A stretch of 40,462 bases of DNA from Nemertoderma westbladi. Its lineage: Eukaryota; Animalia; Xenacoelomorpha. This document shows, one piece after another, positions 33,201 through 40,462 of the stretch. The stretch covers positions 1 to 40,462 of the forward strand of contig JAUCBJ010007606.1 in assembly GCA_032718475.1 (NCBI GenBank). The letters are read 5' to 3'. The number at the start of each line of letters is the position of its first letter. Position 1 is the stretch's first letter. The position numbers and the translations under genes are program-made. The notes under the pieces are model-generated. The model was given only the letters and a program-made list of their open reading frames with translations, did not search any database and was not told the DNA's origin.

Positions 33201-34879
33201 GAATGTTTGGATTTGACCTGACCAAATTGGTTTACTACGGAAGATCCGCAGTGGGCACACCTGGGCGGGTGTGGGCCACTCGGAATCCGACGAGGCGGCG
33301 CACATATTGACATTTGGCGTATGTACATTTCTTACAGTTGGGGGCCACTGGGTTAAGATTTTTACGGTATACTTAATATGAGCATAAAGAAGAAAGTGTT
33401 GGCGATGTATCTGAAAAATAAATAAATAAACATTGTTCTTTGTATCTCAAGTTGATTTGGATTAGGACAATGTGATACTTTTAACTCCTGCAATAATTCA
33501 GGTGGTTTGATGAGACTGCTTAGGGGTGGGGTGGGGTGTGGGGGGGGGGGGGGGGGGGGGTAACTGAGAAAATGTGACAAAGAAATGGAAAGAAAGGCAA
33601 TGTTATAGTAAATGGATTTGTGTTATGTAATACTCTGTAGTAGCTGCTGTCTCCGAGGTAACTAATTTTGTATAGCCTGGGACTGACTATCTCTGGGTAG
33701 TATATTGAAGACATAAGTATATGAAGGAGAGATAATGTTTACTTTAGGATGTTGTCAGCCAGCGCTAGGGGCGTCCTTCCGGTTCAATGAGTTTTTGGGC
33801 AGATTTATTACATTGCAAGACTGTTTGATGCTTATGGTATATGGATCGAGGTGAAGTTATTATTATAAACATTGTCAAATTAAACAGAGTTATCAGGATG
33901 GAAAACTCATTTTGTATAATGTAGTATCCTCAGACCACACCTGTGACAAAAATCAATGGATTGGGATAAATAGGGCTGTAGGGTGGGAGTTGGTGTGTAA
34001 GCCGCCTATGGAATCGGAAGAATATATCAAATTGACTGTTTTAATTATAACATTGACCTGCGGAATCAATGAGAATTGTATGGAAGTAGAAATCTAATAT
34101 TTATATCAAACACATGCTTGGTAATGTATCCGGGGATTGCCGCCTGTCAATATGTACACGTTCTCTGAACCCAGAGTTATACTGCCGTATTTGGGCGAAT
34201 ACGACAGGCACTTTTCTGTATATCGCACCGTAATGTTTTAATTCAACCCCACCAAATTACATTCCTTCAAAGACTCTATCTTATAGCGGTCTTACAATAG
34301 GAGCTAGTATTCACATTGTGTTCGTAATACATTTTGTAGAGCTCGTATATGGAGATGGGGTCCGGTCCACCATCAGCACTCAGCAGCTCAGTTAAATATA
34401 CTAGGTAACAACAATAATAGTTTGGAATGATTCAAACGCGGAATTTCCTAAAATCGCGTCAAATAATTGAAACCAAACAAATTCCACAATATAGTCGATA
34501 ATTTATCATTAAATCATAAACCGAAATCAATACAAATAACATTTTACATCCAGTGAATGTTATTAATGAAAACTATTTATAAAAAATCATAATGATGTGA
34601 CGTCACAAGCTCTAATAGGGACTCTTAATTGAATGATTGGGTCGCTAATTATTGGTTTTTAACAATAATTTCTTTAGCTATTAACCAAAACCTTTACGTA
34701 TGTGATTCATACCAAAGGAGACGAAAATCAATAGACTTCTAAACCTACAACAACACTGGCACCACACTAGGATATTTCTGGATTTTCATTCTATTTGTGG
34801 AATATGATATTAGGATGGTTTAATTAATTAAATATATACTATCACTATAACAAGCTTCATGCAATATAGGAATGGTTAT
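30284..34879. repeat. Tandem duplication: units at 30284-32789 (2506 bp), 32790-34769 (1980 bp), 34770-34879 (partial)
   Basis: GGATATTTCTGGATTTTCATTCTATTTGTGG starts each unit; identical 64-aa chance ORFs at 30605 and 33111; unit 2 lacks ~31912-32441. Confidence 0.95.
30500..30850. mobile_element. Possible piggyBac-type terminus (GGG-TTAA); duplicated at ~33010-33356
   Basis: GC-rich subterminal block ending CAGTTGGGGGCCACTGGG|TTAA (30846|30847-30850); the matching opposite end was not found. Confidence 0.35.
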
Positions 34880-35179
34880 AATTTAAGTTTCAGGAAATCA
34901 AATAATGGTTGAGCTAAGTTATGGCAAATATTGTAGGCCTACAATAATAATATTAAAATATAGAAACCAAAAATTATGGCCCACCTAAAAGATTGTTAGA
35001 TAATTAGATGAGAAAGCGGATTAATTAATTACAAACTCAGCATAAATTCGCAAGCACAAGTAATAGACACACCAGCACAAATTAATTAATAAAGAACCCC
35101 AATAACAATTATTAATTAATACCAAACTAATTAATTTGCACACGATATATAATTAATACCCCCATTTGGCAGACTTATA

Positions 35180-35352
35180 CTGATATTAAATACTAAAAAC
35201 CTGTTTTAAACAGATGACCCCACCCATACCAACCTGCTGTCTGTCCCATGTCTAGAATCGGTAGCAATTTTTTAGTATTTAATAATATCAGTTTGATATT
35301 TACAGCACACATATTGACAGCAGGTTGGTATTTGTTTAAAACAGGTTTTTAG
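35180..35352. repeat. Overlapping inverted-repeat cluster
   Basis: 35193-35212/35333-35352 (20 bp); 35226-35241/35316-35331 (16 bp); 35180-35199/35269-35291 (3-nt bulge). Confidence 0.8.
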
Positions 35353-35454
35353 GCACAACAATTAATTTATTAACCAGAACCAATGAAGCTTCAGCAGAAT
35401 AAGAGCAGCCATGTGCGGGAATAGTTTGTGTGTCTGGTTGCTAGGCAACTAATC

Positions 35455-36465
35455 TTAGTCACCGTCGGATGTGTCCCCACCGTCGCTGGTGTCTGCAGCG
35501 GTGTCTTCTATCTCTCGAAGATCGCGTCGGAACGTGGCTTTGCTACGTAGAGTTGTAACTTCTCTCTGTAACGCGTCATTCTGTTCTGTAGCGTCGTCCA
35601 ACTCCCTCTCTAACTTTCTCTTATGTTACCCTCGTTCCCTCATCCTCTGTTTCTTCCAACTGCCTCTTCTGCGCTTTCAGCCGGTGGTTGTATTTATCAA
35701 CCTAATCAACAACAAATTAATTGTAATCCAGTAACCTAGGATATCTAATGGAACAACAACAAACTGTGTATGTGTAACTGTTGTTAGGTATAATAGTTGT
35801 CGCTACAATATGTAAGTCAGCAGGGTTGGATTTTAGTAACCAATGGGATCACATCTGGGTTGCAACCAATAGAGTTATAATTGTTTGGGCTGTAACCTCT
35901 AACGTATATTCATTGATAAATCGTGCTACCAGAGAGATTGTGGGTGTTTATAACCCAAACCAGCTGCAGTTTATGTGATCGACAACCCACTGGGAGGTGT
36001 TTAAGAGTTGTACACCTCCACCTACCTGCTCCTTGTACACATTGGCTTGCTGGTTGAGCTTCTGCTCCAGTCCCTGGATCGTTGTTCTCATTCGCGACTT
36101 CTGCAGCTTCTGCTTGAGGTCGCGATTCTGTCGTTCCAACATGAGTCTGTCGTTGCTCAAGCTTCTGCGTGATGGATCGTTCGGTTGCTAGGGCAGATCG
36201 TTCGGTTGCTAGGGCAGTGGTCAGCGTATCTACTTGCTGCGACTTGTTCGACCTGCAACACAAAGTTTGATGTAGGATTACCTAAACTTAAACAATAACT
36301 GATAGCGACAAATATTATTAGATAGAAATATATATTTGAACATTCTAACTTTTCTTGGAGCCACGATACGTATGATTGCTCCACCTCCAGATCGTTTTCC
36401 AACTGTTGTATTTTCGACTCGAGTCGGCGTTTCTCGTCGAGTGCGTTGCCACGGTTACTAGCTAA
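35455..36465 (-). pseudogene. Fragment of a non-muscle myosin II heavy chain gene (MYH9/10/zipper-like tail), 3 exons, with frameshifts
   Basis: Exon ~36465-36350 LASNRGNALDEKRRLESKIQQLENDLEVEQ; GT-AG intron 36349-36253. Exon 36252-36026 QVDTLTTALATERS...RLMLERQNRDLKQKLQ...ANVYKEQ; GT-AG intron 36025-35702. Exon 35701-35455 VDKYNHRLKAQKRQLEETEDE...KRKLERELDDATEQNDALQREVTTLRSK. These match recalled MYH9 tail motifs [48 protein letters not shown]. Confidence 0.88.
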
Positions 36466-36482
36466 TTTAATTAGGCACTTAC

Positions 36483-36589
36483 ATGATAGTTGGTTCCACC
36501 CCAGTGAGCTTCTTAAGTTCCTCGTCAACAAATTCTAGATCCTCCTTCACCTTCGCCAATTCCTTTCCGCTACCGGTACCGGTAGTCAT
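36483..36589 (-). pseudogene. Pinin-like first exon (ATG to GTAAGT donor)
   Basis: MTTGTGSGKELAKVKEDLEFVDEELKKLTGVEPTI vs recalled pinin N-terminus QLEKAKESLKNVDENIRKLTGRDP; consensus donor GTAAGT at 36482-36477. Confidence 0.65.
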
Positions 36590-36758
36590 AAATTCACCCT
36601 ATCACAGCTGCACAGTATGCAGTATCAGGCTTTTTCTTTACCGATCTGCCAAAGGCCTACCAGCCTACAGTCAGACAGTTCAGAGGATCAGATGTTCTGC
36701 CTGCAGTTCTGCAGTCGTCAGACACGTCTGCACGTTCAGACTATATAGACTATAGACA

Positions 36759-38070
36759 GAGTATATAGACTAATATAATAATAATAATAATAATATACTA
36801 CTGCATCTAATACTCGCATTACAAGTAGTTTAATAATGGAGGAAGATTGAGTATATAGACTAATATAATAATAATAATAATATACTATTGCATCTAATAC
36901 TCGCCTTACAAGTAGTTTAATAATGGAGGAAGATTGAGTATATAGACTAATATAATAATAATAATATACTACTGCATCTAATACTCGCCTTACAAGTAGT
37001 TTAATAATGGAGGAAGATTGAGTATATAGACTAATATAATAATAATAATATACTACTGCATCTAATACTCGCCTTACAAGTAGTTTAATAATGGAGGAAG
37101 ATTGAGTATATAGACTAATATAATAATAATAATATACTACTGCATCTAATACTCGCCTTACGAGTAGTTTAATAATGGAGGAAGATTGAGTATATAGACT
37201 AATATAATAATAATAATAATATACTACTGCAGCTAATACTCGCCTTACAAGTAGTTTAATAATGGAGGAAGATTGAGTATATAGACTAATATAATAATAA
37301 TAATATACTACTGCATCTAATACTCGCCTTACGAGTAGTTTAATAATGGAGGAAGATTGAGTATATAGACTAATATAATAATAATAATATACTACTGCAT
37401 CTAATACTCGCCTTACGAGTAGTTTAATAATGGAGGAAGATTGAGTATATAGACTAATATAATAATAATAATAATATACTACTGCAGCTAATACTCGCCT
37501 TACAAGTAGTTTAATAATGGAGGAAGATTGAGTATATAGACTAATATAATAATAATAATAATATACTACTGCATCTAATACTCGCCTTACGAGTAGTTTA
37601 ATAATGGAGGAAGATTGAGTATATAGACTAATATAATATATAATAATATACTACTGCATCTAATACTCGCCTTACGAGTAGTTTAATAATGGAGGAAGAT
37701 TGAGTATATAGACTAATATAATAATAATAATATACTACTGCATCTAATACTCGCCTTACGAGTAGTTTAATAATGGAGGAAGATTGAGTATATAGACTAA
37801 TATAATAATAATAATAATATACTACTGCATCTAATACTCGCCTTACAAGTAGTTTAATAATGGAGGAAGATTGAGTATATAGACTAATATAATAATAATA
37901 ATATACTACTGCATCTAATACTCGCCTTACAAGTAGTTTAATAATGGAGGAAGATTGAGTATATAGACTAATATAATAATAATAATAATATACTACTGCA
38001 GCTAATACTCGCCTTACAAGTAGTTTAATAATGGAGGAAGATTGAGTATATAGACTAATAATAATAATAA
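36759..38070. repeat. Tandem array, 84-90-bp unit, 15 full copies + 1 partial
   Basis: GAGTATATAGACTAATAT(AAT)4-6ATACTACTGCATCTAATACTCGCCTTACRAGTAGTTTAATAATGGAGGAAGATT; starts at 36759, 36849, 36936, 37020, 37104 ... 38044. Confidence 0.97.
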
Positions 38071-38368
38071 AATTACCGGTCCGGCCGGGACCAAAAACAT
38101 TTAACGGGTTCGTAGGCTACTGAAGAATGAATCCCATAACTATAGTTTATATACCAAACTCAACCAATATAAAAGGTGTTAATGGATTACCGAACAAACT
38201 GCACATTACTTCAACAGGCAAACAAGCAAACGAGCTATAATCAGTTTGACCCTTGCAACAATGGAGTTACCTAGCAATAATGGCCACATGTACGGTGGCT
38301 GAATGTGGCCAATTTAATTAATTTTAAAATGGGAAATATAAAAGGAAATTAATGAAATATAATTCCTT

Positions 38369-38686
38369 AAAACAGGAATTAATCAAATATAATTCAACCC
38401 AAAACAGGAATTAATCAAATATAATTCAACCCAAAACAGGAATTAATCAAATATAATTCAACCCAAAACAGGAATTAATCAAATATAATTCAACCTAAAA
38501 CAGGAATTAATCAAATATAATTCAACCCAAAACAGGAATTAATCAAATATAATTCAACCCAAAACAGGAATTAATCAAATATAATTCAACCCAAAACAGG
38601 AATTAATCAAATATAATTCAACCCAAAACAGGAATTAATCAAATATAATTCACCCCAAAACAGGAATTAATCAAATATAATTCAAT
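38369..38686. repeat. Tandem array, 32-bp unit x ~10
   Basis: AAAACAGGAATTAATCAAATATAATTCAACCC head-to-tail with no spacers; a degenerate copy at ~38340. Confidence 0.97.
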
Positions 38687-39197
38687 CATTTTGGAGGGAA
38701 ATTTAAAATATTGTCTCAGTGCAGTGCAGCAAATTGTCATTCCCTTTTCAGTCTATCAGTGCAGTACTGCAGTACCGGTTGCCCGTAGCTCTGTAAGCTT
38801 AGTTCTGTGGTTAGTTGTTAATCATTTAATCACTACTGAATACCGATCTACAGCCAACCCGGCAGCTTTCTTTTACCAATCTTCAGAAAGATCGGTAATA
38901 CCGTAGGATTAGTTAGTTCAGTAGTTTTAAAGGCTTATGGAACTATGAACTGTAGCATCGGCACTGATAGAGATGCTTGGCTCAGCGCAATTTCTAAATT
39001 CCGGCATCTGGTGAAGGATTTCTTACTACCAGTGTAGCTTTTGCACAAGCCGCAATAAAACTTTTAAATAGGCTGGGCTGCTGGGTAGCAGGTGGTAGTC
39101 CTACGACGCCTACCGGTATAGTACTGTAGTAGCAGTAGATGTAGGGTGTTAGGGTATTCTATTGATATTGGCCCAATTGATTTAATTACGAATTATA

Positions 39198-40370
39198 ATG
39201 CCCCAAGATTTTGAACTAGAATCACTTTTGGATCACTACTATTGGTTGGGGTACACACACAGCGAGATTTCAACATTGATGGATAGAAATGAAGGAATTC
39301 AAATATCAGTACGAACAATACGAAGACGTTTAAATTCTACTGAGCATCGTAAGGTTTTTGACCCAAGACAATTTGATGCGGTAGTTACGGCTTTAGAATT
39401 AGAGTCAATCAATAGGAAAACGGCTGGATATAGGCAATTACAGTATATTTTAATGGACGAGTACAAGCTTTTTGCGCCAAGGAAATTAATAGCTGCAGTA
39501 ATAAGTATCATTGATTCAGTTGGTAGACAGTGCAGAATTGGGTCCAGATTAATTCGTAGAACCTATTTTTCCCAGGGCCCAAATTTTTTGCTTCATGTCG
39601 ACGGATGGGATAAGCTAAAGCCCTTTGGCTTAACTGTACACGGCGCTATAGATGGTTTCAGTAGGAAGCTAATGTGGTTGAAAGCCAGCAGAACAAATAA
39701 TGATCCATTTGTTACGGCACAATACTACTTAGACATGGTTGATGAAATTGGTGGCGTTCCTCACATTGTTAGATGCGATAGAGGTACTGAAAATGTGAAT
39801 ATTGAAACAATTCATCGATACCTACGACTTTGTGAAGAAAACTCTTTCATGACTACAACCAATTCAAATGTACCATTCATTTATGGTAAAAGTACGCGTA
39901 ATCAACGCATAGAATCGTTCTGGTCCAAATTCCCAGTTTTAGGTATGTCAGAATGGATTTCTCATTTTACAGAATTGGAGCTAAGTGGAGAGGTAGACCT
40001 ATCATTAACTCTGAATAAAGAAATCATTCGATATGTTTACTTAGATTTTCTCCAAGAAGTTCTGGACGGAATTCGAGTTCGCTGGAACAGTCATCGTCTT
40101 CGTCGCAGCGGATTAGCGGCCCCACCGGGAAAACCGGACCTACTTTATCTTCAAGAGCCAAACTTCGTACACAACGTTATACAAAGCGATAAGGAATTGA
40201 TGAGACCTTTGGCGATTGCTAAACCAAAATGCAGTTATTTGATAGGAAATCTATTTAAAGACTACATTAATCTCGCTGGCCATGCAATAAACCTTCCTAA
40301 TGATTGCCATTCATTGCAAGACTGCCGTAGAACTATGTTGTATTTACTTCATGATGGGTTTGAACATTGA
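39198..40370 (+). CDS. DDE transposase/integrase-core protein, IS3EU / rva_4-like, 390 aa, intronless
   Basis: N-terminal HTH-like GYTHSEI...ISVRTIRRRL and GYRQLQ; core GPNFLLHVDGWDKLKPFG...HGAIDGFSRK, VRCDRGTEN, GKSTRNQRIESFW with all D, D, E candidates present. Confidence 0.85.
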   Translation: MPQDFELESLLDHYYWLGYTHSEISTLMDRNEGIQISVRTIRRRLNSTEHRKVFDPRQFDAVVTALELESINRKTAGYRQLQYILMDEYKLFAPRKLIAAVISIIDSVGRQCRIGSRLIRRTYFSQGPNFLLHVDGWDKLKPFGLTVHGAIDGFSRKLMWLKASRTNNDPFVTAQYYLDMVDEIGGVPHIVRCDRGTENVNIETIHRYLRLCEENSFMTTTNSNVPFIYGKSTRNQRIESFWSKFPVLGMSEWISHFTELELSGEVDLSLTLNKEIIRYVYLDFLQEVLDGIRVRWNSHRLRRSGLAAPPGKPDLLYLQEPNFVHNVIQSDKELMRPLAIAKPKCSYLIGNLFKDYINLAGHAINLPNDCHSLQDCRRTMLYLLHDGFEH

Positions 40371-40462
40371 ACAGCTGTAGCCTGAAGGTTATAATTAACT
40401 ATTATAACCAGATTATCTAAGATTCCTGTTATGTTATGGAACCGCCCTCAAATATACAAATA

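Noticed and set aside
30605-33714. Duplicated 64-69-aa ORFs suggesting conserved small genes
   Set aside because: Identity follows from the recent tandem duplication; the poly-Pro comes from G runs.
36759-38070. One minus-strand frame of the 84-bp unit is stop-free (SSSIIKLLVRRVLDAVVYYYY...)
   Set aside because: No start codon, one 85-bp unit breaks the frame, and the triplet length variation is explained by the AAT microsatellite.
36759-38686. CRISPR-like arrays beside a nuclease-fold ORF
   Set aside because: Units are head-to-tail with no unique spacers, there are no cas genes and the context is eukaryotic.

Overview
Eukaryotic (most likely invertebrate animal) AT-rich, transposon-dominated window with no intact host gene. 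In order: (1) a minus-strand BEL/Pao LTR retrotransposon (1-~10.5 kb). Its gag-pol is split by a frameshift inside the Gag DUF1759-like domain and has a ~950-aa N-terminal extension. (2) Nested non-autonomous TIR elements, an RTE-like LINE fragment and minisatellites (11.2-16.3 kb). (3) A 5'-truncated LINE RT ORF with a Cys/His tail (16.7-18.8 kb). (4) Two copies of a ~1.8-kb non-coding repeat, each holding a 73-nt tRNA-like module. (5) A complete, very young, GC-rich Ty3/Gypsy element with apparently identical 261-bp LTRs (23053-28087). (6) A 2.5-kb tandem duplication. (7) A chimeric intron-containing pseudogene: a pinin-like first exon joined to the last exons of a non-muscle myosin II heavy chain. 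(8) Two tandem arrays (84-90 bp x ~15; 32 bp x ~10) followed by an intact IS3EU/rva_4-type DDE transposase ORF. Best leads: the divergent chimera + arrays + transposase block (possible gene-capturing DDE element), and abundant +6-bp TA footprints (TAGGCCTA, TACCGGTA) with an internal empty-site control. All family calls come from motif recognition by eye; no searches were run.
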